A stretch of DNA of 64,000 nt. It comes from Lingula anatina. Lineage: Eukaryota > Animalia > Brachiopoda. The notes under the pieces were generated by a model that was not told the origin of the DNA, did no database searches, and saw only the letters and a program-made list of their open reading frames with translations. Where the stretch lies: contig CM120648.1 of assembly GCA_051362555.1 (NCBI GenBank), positions 9,296,587-9,360,586 on the forward strand, read 5' to 3'. The translations under genes were made by a program, and so were the position numbers. This document shows positions 11,933 through 24,524 of this stretch, piece after piece (position 1 is the stretch's first letter; each line of letters starts with the position of its first letter).

Positions 11933-12074
11933 CTCTATGTTGAACTTTGTGAGGAACCCCAGATCTATGTACATCTGCTGCAATAATATCAGCATTTCTG
12001 CATCGTCCCACTGCCAGTTATCGAATGTCGGCTTTTTCAGATAATCTCTCACTTCATCCGTTACCTGAACAGTG
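11933..12074 (-). CDS. PDE9A: PDE9 coding exon 6 (STVQVTDEVRDYLKKPTFDNWQWDDAEMLILLQQMYIDLGFLTKFNIE)
   Basis: Acceptor TTTTCAG, donor GTAGAG, 142 nt. LKKPTFD-W matches the start of the PDE9 catalytic domain. Confidence 0.93.
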
Positions 12075-12958
12075 CTGAAAATACAGGCGTATGCACAGGT
12101 TTTAGGTGTTTTATTCTCCAAACAAAAAACCACCTAGATTTTCTGGGTACATTGTAAGGCCATATTCACAACCAGCTGATCAACGGTCAAAGTAGTCCTT
12201 GGATCAAATATGGCACAACACACTTAAAAGCTTGCCGAAATTTAATTACTCTGCCCCTGCTAGGACAGCAAGCATGGGAGGTGGGAAGCCATTGTCAAGT
12301 GCGGGCCATGTTTGATCCGCAGACTAGTTAGTCCATGGTTCAACTGGTTGTGAATGCTGCCGAAGTCATGTTTCCATTCAACCTAGGCGCAACTAATTCA
12401 GTCCACCAAGTTCAGCAGGTGGTTTGATTATGATTATCTCATCATGGGAGGCCATTCTAATGGCACTTGTCTTCACACAATTAAATGGCAATGGGCGGGA
12501 CAGCAGGGAGACTGGACAGGTTGCTTGTGGAGAGGTAATCGTAACAAGATGACTTTCCAAAAAATAGTACCAATACTGACTGACATAACTTTAATGGAAA
12601 CATGACCCACACATGACCCACAGCCACTTCTTCTGTAAAAACTCGTTCATGGAAGTTTTGTCCCATTTTACTCCAAAACCATCATTCATTTCATTAGTCT
12701 TTTCAGATATATTTTTGTAGCTAAATTTGATTTAAAAAAAGAAATTCCAACCAGAAATGTCTTCAAGCCTTTGTCTAGCTTGAGGGTCTTCACATGCAAT
12801 CTTGTACTTCGTACTGTAAGTATACTTCAATAAGGATTAAATATCTTAAATTGTAACATTACAGTCATTATAAAGCCGATAAACGTTGACCCTTTCTTTT
12901 TGTATATCAACAATTGCCTAATTTCCCTTAATACTATTGATTTTTTGTCATTGCTCAC

Positions 12959-13101
12959 CTCATCTTTTTAAATTTCTCAAAAATCCTCTTATAATGTGCG
13001 TCATTTTGCTTTGGTGAGTTATTTTTGTCCCAAAATGGCTTGAGGGACGTCTTCACAGAGATGTCTTTTGAAAGACCGAGCCAGCTTAAATGGTCTACAT
13101 G
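12959..13101 (-). CDS. PDE9A: PDE9 coding exon 5 (HVDHLSWLGLSKDIS...YKRIFEKFKKM)
   Basis: Acceptor TTTTCAG, donor GTGAGC, 143 nt, phase 0 to 2, open frame. Confidence 0.85.
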
Positions 13102-15116
13102 CTGAAAATAAAATATATCAATAATTGAAAAATAACAAAAAATGTATGGGATTCATTCAAGTGCATCAATGCAGCATGGTTATGTAAACACATATAATTC
13201 TATACTTAATTTTTCTCTTTAAAAATTAAAGTTTGGGTTTATAGCCTGGTATATTAGATAGATTAGAAAAGCAAGCTTCACAACTCTTCCAATCCAAAAA
13301 GAGACCGAGATTATTGATGACTTTGGCTTCAAATCAAAGTACTCAAAATTTGTACAGAAATAACTCATAGATGGCTTTTTTAAAAAAAGCTCACTTTTTA
13401 TTTATATATGCAAAAGTAAAAAAAAGGGAGAGTAAGAAAGTTTTGCAAATTATAAACTTTCAAAATAATCACTGCTGATGTCTACGGAAACCAAAGGTCA
13501 CAATGCAACTTGAGAATGTCAAGGCTTATTATGGTCTAATCAAATTGGCATTCTCACTTTCACAATTAAGGGTGCCTGAAATGATTGCAAGAAAAGCTGC
13601 ACCAAAAATTGCTAGAACATTTTGCAAATTCAAAGAAATGCCAATATAATTATATAAGTGAAACTTCATGTTAGAATCAAGCTCTACTTCACTGCCCTGT
13701 TGGAGAGTCTAAAACCATTCTTGACCTAAAGAAAATGATCACAATAAAGTAGAAAATGAACCAACTTGATGCTAGTGACTCAAATGTAATTTTTTTTTTA
13801 TTTGGTATTTCTTTGAAAATGACAGTTACAAAACAACAATTCAGATTTAATCCATCTTAAATTATGGCAGAGCTGTTTTTCATTGTATGCTGTCATTAAC
13901 AATGAGGCAAAGATTCTTTTTTGACATGTGCAAGAGACACATAGATCTAGTGAGCTAGTGTGGTAGCAGAACTGAGCTAAGGTATGGTATAGCTTCCCTT
14001 TATCTATGTAATTTATGATGGTAATTTCTACTCTCTCTCTCTCTCTCTGGTCCCCTTGGCTTCAGTTTTAACTTAAAATAGATTATTAATAGAGGTTTTA
14101 TAATTTTTTTCCTTTGCACAAAATCTTTTTTTTTTAGCTAAAAGCACGGAAGACTTGAAAAGATTATTACAGGATAGTGCAATAGGAAAAGACCAAGAAG
14201 AAAATTTATTCATAAATCTAACCAAATCACTCCACAGACTGTTAGCAAGAAATACTCTTTAAAAACAAAAGTGCAATATCATCTTCACTAATTCTATCCA
14301 TTTAAAAGGAATGCATATTTTTCAGAAAAATATCACTTAGAGATCAATATTCATCCCTCACCATTAAAAACGTCTGCGAATAATACACATTATGATCTCA
14401 TAAACTAAGTCTTAGCCAATAAACCCTGTGGGGGAAGAACGATGTACATATTCAGTAATTACTCTCCCTATTCGAGCAAATATCGATTCAGCTTATGTCC
14501 CCAAATAACAGTTATGTCAGTAACATGTGTAAAAGATAAAATGACAGTTAAGAAAATCAAACTGGTTTCAAGTCAGAGTGGAATTTTTTGTGAGAATCTT
14601 ATAAACCAATAATAAATCATTGAAAAAAAATATGTAATGGATTATTTTAGGGGTGAAAAATGTGTAAATAAATGTAGTATTTGTGCATGTGACACATGCC
14701 GTAAAAATTTTTGTCCAATGTTGGCAAATTCTATAATTCTGATATGTTCCTTGAAAGGAACTTGAGACAGCAACTAGGTGATACTATCCCCAAATAATCA
14801 AGTTAAAAAAAAATCACCTCATAAGACGATGATACAGTCTCTGAATCACAATAACAGAGCATTCAACAACCATTTTTCTTTGTCACAGATAATCTGGGCA
14901 CTTTTCCTCTTTTTCCCCAAACAAATCATCTGCTTGCCCTTAATGCTAAAAATTAATCGATCTCAACGTTTGATTAATCTGCTCTGAGCCCCGAGGTTTT
15001 CTCGTCAATTATTTCTTCTAGTCTATTAGTAGTCTATCTAAACTTCTCTGTTGACAACATTTTTATCATTATTCAACTAGTAACTAGTGAATGCTTGTTC
15101 AGAGAGAGAAATTGTC

Positions 15117-15518
15117 AAACCTGGGACAGATCAGGGTCTATATGAGGTCATCAGAAAGAGATAAACCTGGGACAGATCAGGGTCTATATGATGTCATCAG
15201 AAAGAGATGAACCTGGGACAGATCAGGGTCTATATGATGTCATCAGAAAGAGATGAACCTGGGACAGATCAGGGTCTATGTGATGTCATCAGAAAGAGAT
15301 GAACCTGGGACAGATCAGGGTCTATGTGATGTCATCAGAAAGAGATGAACCTGGGACAGATCAGGGTCTATGTGATGTCATCAGAAAGAGATGAACCTGG
15401 GACAGATCAGGGTCTATATGATGTCATCAGAAAGTCAGGAATTTGGGACAGATCAGGGTCTATATGATGTCATCACAGATCAACCTGGGACAGATCAGGG
15501 TCTATATGATGTCATCAG
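15117..15518. repeat. 46-bp minisatellite, about 9 copies
   Basis: Unit aacctgggacagatcagggtctatatgatgtcatcagaaagagatg. Confidence 0.95.
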
Positions 15519-16594
15519 CTGACCAAATTAATTATTACAGGGCTTGTATCAGAAAAGCACCAAAATATGTCTAAATTGGCCTGTAACCAGGGGTTTTAGG
15601 GATGGGGGTGGGGAAGAGGTCCGCTCTAAGTAAAATTTGATCTAGGCATGTGATGTTTTCATAGTTAAAGGTCCACATTTTCAGAAAAAGACTCCCCCCC
15701 CCTTTTTTTTTTTTTTTTTTTGATGACTACGAGCCTGATATACACATATATACACACATAAAAGAAAGGTTGAGTTTTTAAGTTGAGTGTGACCCTATAG
15801 GCATAAGGGTCCATAAACTGGGTTTTAGGCAAATGAATAACTTCCATGTATTTTGGGGGTGGGGTGGGGTGGGGGATGGGGGAGAGGAGCAGTCCATGAA
15901 AGTCATCGACATAAACCAGATGGGGTTTATTTGTATCTGAGCGAGACATTATACACACTAAGAAGACTGGCAGACTTCAGCAAATTACAATAAACCTTTT
16001 GAGTCCGAAAAAAAAAAAATATTGCAATCCTTTTAACAAACCAGCTCTCAACTAACTATAATCACTGCTTTCCCTGTAAACAAAAGCATGATTTTTTTCA
16101 AAGCTTTGAAAAATGAAGAAAAAACATATTCATGAACCAATAAACCAACCTTATCCTCTTGATTCTGAGAAAATTAAGACCCCAGCAAATTGATTCATGA
16201 ATTTATAACTGCTGTTAAGTAAATGTTATTCCCTTACCACAATCCAATGGTTTTATCCAGAATATGCATATAAAGTTACTGTTACATATTTAACAATTAC
16301 TTGCATTGGGTAGAGGCAGTGTATGCATATCTCTCTCTCTTTCCTTCTCTCATTCTTTGCATGTGCATGTGTGTGCATGAAGAAATAGTAAAGAAATATG
16401 ACAGCAACGCAAGTCCCATATATTCCAATACAGGTGTTTGAATGAGGCTAGTGCTATTCTTAAACAAAATAGATAGTATTTTGTCTACAATTAACCAGAC
16501 CCTGAATATTTTGAAATGCCATTTTAAGGTACTCTCTCTCCCCATGCCTTTGCGCATTTTGAAATAGTGGGGTTGGGGTTTGAGACTGTTAGCA

Positions 16595-16645
16595 ACACAC
16601 ACACATACAAACACATACACACATGCAAACATACACACATATACA

Positions 16646-16690
<45 letters not shown>
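16595..16690. repeat. (CA)n microsatellite, compound/imperfect
   Basis: Read directly. Others: (CA)n at about 23687-23733 and 40630-40670, (GT)n at about 37749-37815 and 62107-62142, (GA)n at about 42556-42595, (TAA)n at about 60232-60270. Confidence 0.95.
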
Positions 16691-16691
<1 letters not shown>

Positions 16692-17568
16692 AACACACAT
16701 TTCGGTTCTTCATTACCATCAGTTTTGCCTACCACCAATACTCTTGGCCCATTACTGACACTGCATACAATGAAAAAAGTCTAACATCAGCTGCCATAAA
16801 GCGTTATCAATTTTTTCTACAATCTCTCTAGTGTTTTTAAATGTAAAACACATCTTCTTGCATCAATCTCCATTGAAGGTAACTGAACCATTATCGTCTC
16901 AGAATTTTCAATATTCTTCTCTTCAATTTCTTATCTGTTTCCATATCCTAGACTCGTAATTTCACATCACATATCCCTCAAGCTAATATATCGATCAAAA
17001 ACTAAGCATTATGTTTTTTTTTCTGCAATTCTCATCTGTTTTCATATTCTTAACATGCCATCTTGAATCAATCTTTCCTGAAGTAAATTGATCCATTATA
17101 ATCTCATCAATATTGCCTTTTTTCTATAATTCTTACTTTATTTTCATATCCTAACCATGTCCTCTTAAAACCACCTTTATTGAAGTAAATCTTTCCATTA
17201 TAAAGCGCTTTTTCTTTTTTCTCTACAAAATCTTATCTGTTTTCATATCTTCGCTGTCTTCTCGTATCCCTCAATTGAACTGAGCCATTAAAATCCGTGC
17301 ATTATCATGTAAAATGCTTTTCTGAAATGATCACGAGGGAAATCAAAAAAATTTATCCCTAGCCCTAATCCAGGCAGATGCATTACTAACCATCGATATA
17401 TAATAGCCCTAATCTTGCATGATCATTGATCCCTCTGATTAGATTATGCAACAGGTTCACATAAGTACATCCAAACAGTAAAATAATAAGTCCCACAGTT
17501 TTCCACAAATTGCATTTAAGGTGAAAAGTGCACAGAGACAACGCAAACAACACACAGGTGATGACTAA

Positions 17569-17825
17569 GGCTTCGTTCACATGCAATGTCTATTTTCTAA
17601 ATTCTATTTTCTATTCGCGGTATGTCTTATGATCACGGTCTGTGCCCTGAATATCCCGCGGCGTAATTACTGGCAGCGCGAGCCAGTTACTATAAGTTGC
17701 TATAAGTAACTGGCTCGCGCTGCCAATAATTACGTGGCGGGATATTCAGGGCACAGACCGTGATCATAAGATAGCGCGAATAGAAAATAGAATTTAGAAA
17801 ATAGACATTGCATGTGAACGAAGCC
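17569..17825. mobile_element. Palindromic MITE family P (Tourist/Harbinger-like), TAA TSD
   Basis: Inverted arms of about 120 bp (ggcttcgttcacatgcaat... / ...attgcatgtgaacgaagcc), with TAA on both sides. Confidence 0.9.
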
Positions 17826-18428
17826 TAAATGCCAGGGCAAATGGAGGCCGTATTCTGGGTCTTCCAGAAGACGGTCAGAATTTTTCAAGTTTACATTGAC
17901 GGGCATCAAAATGGAGGAAGACTCAACAAAGATAATTGGGAAGACTGTCAGACTGAAAAAATATCTGGATCAGCCTCTGAAATATACAGATACTTTGTTT
18001 ACACATAAAAAAAGGGATTTATCTGCAGAGCCTGCAGTAAAACAATTACATCACTATACAGTGACTGAGTGTATCCTATAAAATCATTCATAGACTGTAA
18101 TATTTAAATAAACAAACAAATAAAACTTTGCAGCAAACTGTGTCCCATGCTCTTAAAATGCAAAATACTGCATATAGTTGCCGATTCATCTCAGGAGTAG
18201 CACAAAATTTGACTTCCCAGGCTACTACATTGCTTGTGAACCATCTCCATGGCACAAAAAGAATGAAGTATTTCTTTTTCTTCAATAGATTTTGAGAAGG
18301 AAAGGATTTGGAACAGTCTGGTACTAACAACAAACATGCAGAAAAGTAAATGCACAAAATTTTACAGCCCAAGCTACAAATACTTTACCAACATCAAGCA
18401 GGGAGGCAATACCAGGGTTGAATACTAA

Positions 18429-18652
18429 GGGGCCATTGCCATAACCTTACTGTACTAACAGGATCAATATATCTCCAATGGGATTCTTTCCATTCAGTTT
18501 AGATGTGCACAAAAGTTAATTATCCCCCCCCCCCTTAACAGCTTCAAAGGGCATGACAGACATTTAAGCCACTTAAACTGATTGCAATTTCGCGAAAATC
18601 CCCTCGGAGTTGGATCGAACCAGCTAGAACATAGGTTTATGGGAACCCAGTC
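18429..18652. mobile_element. MITE family C copy (diverged)
   Basis: Ends ggggccattgccata / tatgggaacccagtc and core aagttaattatcccccc. Confidence 0.7.
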
Positions 18653-20195
18653 TAGATGAATTCACAATCACATGCTAAACAGCGCTTTGTGTGAGCAGGT
18701 CAAAGAGACAACCTGGCCACTAAACCACTTCTAGGAAAACTGAAATGGCATTTGGGTAAATTTGCCGATTCCTAATCTGATCTATGATCTGGCGTGATGC
18801 CAGTGATCTAACATATAGACATCTCTCTGTGAACCTAACTTAATCAAGAGATCACTTCTGAAGGGATGTGCAAGAGAATACTGTAAAAATAATGAAGGAA
18901 TACAATGGATTTCCTCCAATTTTGAAAATTTCAAACATAGGCCAGGAAATTTATACAATATCTGTGGCACAAAAAGAAGGAAATATTTTTTTTCTACAAA
19001 GAGGACAATTCCCATCCCGGATTTTCAGAACGAGAGCATTTGGAACAGCCTGGCACAATAAAGGCGCAGAAAAGTAACCAGTATAAAGAGAACATAACAG
19101 ACATCCACACGCTACTAAATTCTCATGGGAAAGCTTTCAAATGCCTGGGTAAATTTACCAATCTCTAATCAGATCAGTGATGAAGAATCAAAGCCCCGAT
19201 CAAACATGGGAGACCTTTGTGAGCGGAGCTTCATCAGTAAATCAGCAGATATAAATCTCCCCAGACATTTTAAAAGGTTGAAGAATTACAACACTTTCCT
19301 GATATCGCTAGGTGATACATCAACTCTACATGCTATGTGCACATCAGCACATGATGAAAAATAAAAAGAGAGAAAAAGAAAATGAGCATTGTTGCCAAAT
19401 CAACACATTCAACAGGAGTTTTTTTTCTTTTTTTTAATTGCAATGAAATGTTGTGGAATGGCCCAAATGACAGTTTATTATTATCATTATAATAATAACA
19501 GAACAGCACTGTAATCACTGTTCAAACTGAATTCTATGCAAGAAATATAGTTATCACTCAAATTTCAATTTTCTCATTTATTCAGATTCCAATTTTTTCC
19601 CCCAGCTTCCCTCATTAATTTTGTTGCACATTGTTGTCTTTCTGTCTTTTTCGTTTTCAATCTAGAAATATACTGTACAACAACGGCCACTGCGTAGGGT
19701 CATTAGGCCGACTGCGTAGGGTCGTTAGGCCATTTCTTAGAACCAAAAGAAAAACGTGATAATCATGGAGGAAAAATTACCATGGTCATTATGACTATCC
19801 TGAAAAACCTGAGACCTCAAAACTGAGACAGAAGCACCAGATATTTTTCAATCATCAGTTAATCCAATACTGACATATTATTAATATCACTGCTTATTGG
19901 CTGTCGCTGTGAATTCTAATATGATCTCCACTGGAAAATATATCAGTTCTCCAAAACCTATCAAGTTGCGAATTCTGATATCAAGAAACAAATCACCTAA
20001 TCATATGGCCTCATTAGACAAGTCAAGATCCTGTGAGCTTAGAAAGATACATGGTCTGAACATGCAATAAAGATATTTTCTGCCTTAAGTCACTTAAGAC
20101 TTACATGTATCCCCTGACATAGGGCATAAAAGGTACATAATAATAACCCTGAAAATAAGGTATCCTGGGGTAGCCCTGGCAATTTTTTTCTCTTA

Positions 20196-21238
20196 GGCCA
20201 CTTTTTTATTTTTATGGATGACATCCTGTGCGCGCACCGATATTCGTCCGTTCTCAAAATAAAAAAAAAAAAATCCCCCCCCCCCCCAAAGAAATCAATT
20301 GTCGCAAACATCGTTATTGAATTTGCCGGAAAATGCAATCGGCAATCCTCAGCTAATTCCGCAAGCTCCATACTGTCATTGTCGACTGCGGAGACATCCG
20401 AGTAGTTCGGAGTGCGGAAAATGAGCTTTCTGCGCATGCGTATTATCACCATGTGGAAATATGGCTGCTTTGCCTTCAAATTCTTCTCTTTATGACTTTA
20501 ATTGCCGTCGTTTTGGATTGGTTTGCCATTGATATTGGACATGGAGATATCACCCTTTTACAATTATACGAAAGGCTGGCCGCAGCCAGCGATCATCGCC
20601 CGGAAAATTTCAGTGACATTCTGTCCAAAGCAGCACATACCAGTTTTTTTTTCTTGTAGCGAAAAAAGGGTCGACAAGAGCCTCGTGGTATTTGGTGGAC
20701 TGAAGGTCGGACAGGCTACCTGATAGTTGGCTGCTATGTGTGAGTCGAAGTAGACAAAATGGCATCGACCGAAATTACCTTTTTTAGATTTGGTAGTAGG
20801 AAGCATAGGCCTATCTTTGCTTCATTTTTTTTAACAATTCTGTGAAGTGTTTACAATGCTTTAATTTTCTGAGAGCACAAATAAAGACACGCTGTTTATT
20901 TGATATTTGTTTTATTGATTGCTATACCAACAGAATGCATGAAATAACCTTAAATAGATTTGGAAATATGCAGCATATATATTCATGACTTTTTACCTTT
21001 CTATGAAGTAGGCCCTATTCACAATGCTTTAATATTTTGAGAGCATGGATAAAGACATGTTGTTAGTTTGATACGTGTTTCTGTGGTAAATTAGTGTTTC
21101 CAGCTGTGTACTGAACACATAACTTTTCTTAAGCAGTTTTTTTTTTTTGGACTGTTTTTTTTTTTTTTTTTTTCGCCCGCTCGCACCGATTTTGGGGTCC
21201 CCAGAGGATGTCATCCATAAAAATAAAAAAGTGTGGCC
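20196..21238. mobile_element. 1.04-kb non-autonomous TIR DNA transposon, TTA TSD (Zator- or PIF/Harbinger-type ends)
   Basis: TIRs ggccacttttttatttttatggatgacatcct / aggatgtcatccataaaaataaaaaagtgtggcc, with TTA on both sides, a CpG-rich interior and no transposase ORF. Confidence 0.85.
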
Positions 21239-23670
21239 TTATTCAAAACACTACTTTTTAATCACCTTTTTCTCCAAATGGCTTTAATTTGACTAAAACA
21301 AGTCAGATCAAGCAGTCTTTGTTTAGCAGACTTAAGTCAGTTTTAGCATTTGGCTAAATTGGCGAGTGTTAGGCCTACCCAAGCTACCTATTTGAAAATG
21401 TCCAAAACTCATATTTTCTGTGTCTACACATCCTGCAAAGCTACTTTTCGCTCTCGATTAAGAATTTAAAAAGATAAAAAATTTTTCAAACAAAAGCACC
21501 CTATGTAGATATTTCCATTTCGACAGTTCAGGAAGATATGGTGATTTAAGGGGCTGGCTAGTCATTTAGAACTAAATTGCGTAATTAAAAATGATATAAA
21601 GCATTGAAAAGTGCAGGGACAGGTTGACTAATGATTCATGAGTAAGAGAAAATCATTTTCACTGTGGAAAACAGAATTTGCTGGGATAATCTCAAGTAAA
21701 ATACCTTCAATATATTAAATTTTTATAACCTTGCAGGTTAAGTTGCTGGGTCAGACAATGACATCACTCTAAATTTAAAGGTACACTCATACTTTTCAAT
21801 AGCATAAACTGACTGTTGTGACTAAACTGTTGTGAAAGATCAATCCTCATCTCACATCACCGAAGAATTCATTAGCTTGAATTCAGCTGCCTATTAGACT
21901 GGTTTGGAACAATTTTGATTTTCATGCATAAATCTTTGTAATTCAATTTTATTTGTATTTATTTATGTGTATAACTTTGACCCTCTTGTTGGTATACTTT
22001 TTAAATCTACTTACCAAAAAATATTTTTTAAAAATGTAGAATCAATATGGTTGTCTGCCCATGTAATTTGAATCTAATTCCGTTCCAAGGCTATGCAGTT
22101 GTCTGAACGTTCCTTGAGATGATGCAAACTAATCAAATTGTGAAACATACACAACTGAAAGGCCATCAAAACAAACTGACGGGATGATTTCCTAAGGCAG
22201 ATTAGACACTAAATTTCTTAGGAATATGCCAAATTCAAAGAAAACAACAAATTATCATCTACCTTTATGCCACTACCGGAGGCCACCCTTAAAGTGGGTC
22301 AAGGTCACCTGAATTGGAACGAACACCACTGTGTCAAGACCCGGGCCCGTGGCCAGGGAGGCTTGGGAAAGGAGGGGTTTAAAAGAACCCCCTTTTTTTT
22401 GCTGGGAAAAGGTCCCCTCTGGATAAAATTTTATCTACGTATATGAAGGTTTCCATTTTTCCAGAAAAAGAACCCTCTTTTGAAATTGTTGGCCACAGGC
22501 CTGTGACTCAACCCTTCCATGATCAGAGGGTCATGCTCAAACTATAATCATGGTACTTAACATGGACAGTGCTCATTGGGCTACGAAAATACAGGGATTA
22601 TATGTAGGAGAGGACAGTTAGGTACCTTCTCAATAAAGTAGAAACTACAATTATTTGGATTACAACTATTTTTCAGACTGGCATAGAGATATTTTGAATG
22701 AATGAATGAATGAAATCGGATAAAATAATCTAATAACATGGATAAAAGCAATGGTTCAGAAATTGCCACCTCTGTGAAACAAACCCCCGTTTGGCAGATC
22801 CCTATGTGGTGTTAGAAACCAGAGGTGTTTTTATCTATAATATCTAGAAACACATTTTAAAAAATCCAATAACACAAATTCACAGCCTTAAGCAATAAAT
22901 CTGTAATTGTTAAGCAAACACTTATGGTGCAGATCGCACCATGGTGTGAGATAAACAAGGCGTTTTCATCATCAGTTATTTGCACTATTACATTAATTAC
23001 TCCGTCTTTGCAATGGGCAAAAACTTTCAAACCTTCCGATACATAATTTTATGATCACAAAATTATATTTCTATGTAGCAGTTGTGGTGCTTTTACCTCA
23101 TAGAATAAAACCATACAGCAGCATGCTTTTTTAAAATTTTGTTGCTATCACTCAATAGGAATGTTCTAATTCTAAGAATCTATTACTTTTAAAAATACAG
23201 TATCTATGAAATTCACAATTTTCACCCCATTGAAAAGATGGTGTTATTACCGTATATACAGACTTTGGGAACCCAGTTATATATCACCCGCCCAACATAG
23301 CTACTCGTCATGAAAATCACATCCCTTTTGAATCATTGCTCAATTAGCAAGATGAGCTTTTCTAATTCAATTTGGCATAATTCATCCTCTTTTTTTCCTG
23401 GAAATCTCTTGGTATTCCTGCTTTATAGTTCAGTCACGAGTGATATTCGCAAGTTGGAGCTCCTGTTAACAGTACAATTGTGAACTCCTTTTGTTTACGT
23501 TTGTAGATTGTCAGGCATTTCAAGTGCAGCTTTTCACAGCCCTAATTTAGTTAGGGTTGTGCTCTTTTTAAGAGACACTTTCTCCATAATGGCATTAGAC
23601 TCCTTACTCACAGGGGAACTACGGTGATTACTTCAAAATTATGAACACTTTGTTTTATCTTAAATCTTCT

Positions 23671-23736
<66 letters not shown>

Positions 23737-24044
23737 AAAAATTAAACTTAAAACAAATTCATCTTTGCTAACTTCACACTCTCCTTATTTTTTCCAGTTC
23801 TGTCAAAATTATTTTTGAGACATATAAATATCATGTTTTGGTCAAATGTAAAGTGCAGTTACTAATAGCTTTTTTTCTGCGCTGTCAGAAGTGATTTTCA
23901 AAGCAATCCATGTAACCTCTCACTTGCTGAGTACTGCTCTATTCCAAACAAAAAAGATTTGTGTTTAAACCCGTAACTGGGCGATCAACTGAACACACAA
24001 CTGATCTACATGTTCAAGGCCATCCTTTGTACCAACAGTGTATT

Positions 24045-24226
24045 CAGGCCCATAGCCAGCAATTTCACAGGGTGGGGTGGGGTGGGGGGTCGTTTTCTGA
24101 AAAAGTGGACCTTTTACCATAAAATCCTCAAGTACATAGATCAAATTGTATCCAGAGTGGACTTTTTCCCAGCAAAAAGGGTGGTTCTTTCGACCCACCC
24201 ACCCACCCACCCCGGCTACAGGCCTG
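24045..24226. mobile_element. CAGGCCC-ended MITE with 5-bp TSD GTATT
   Basis: gtatt-caggcccatagcc...ggctacaggcctg-gtatt. Relatives lie near 22342-22503, 56361, 55345 and 15690. Confidence 0.8.
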
Positions 24227-24524
24227 GTATTCAACATGAGGAATGAATACCTCAACAAGGCAGCAAAGCTGTCAAATGTACAGACAAAAAGCAGACAATA
24301 ACAATGCACAAAACAGGCTACTGTCAATTCTGATGCAAAAGTACATTATGTTTAACTGCAAATTCAACATCAAATTTTAATTATGCTCAACAGGTAATAC
24401 CAATGTAAGTGAAATGTGTAACAAGCGTAAGGCTTCAGGCCCATGGGAGTTTAAATTCACACTTTGAAAATGCCAGAATAAGAAAAATGAAAATTTCACA
24501 TAAAACTGCTTAAATTCAATAATA

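Noticed and set aside
15117-15518. CRISPR-like appearance of regularly spaced repeats (also 35718-36300 and the 146-bp arrays)
   Set aside because: The units are head-to-tail with no unique spacers, there are no cas genes, and the context is a eukaryotic intron.
20453-20659. Hydrophobic 68-aa ORF inside the 1-kb TIR element
   Set aside because: It is short, has a non-ATG start, and shows no transposase or other motif or splice support.
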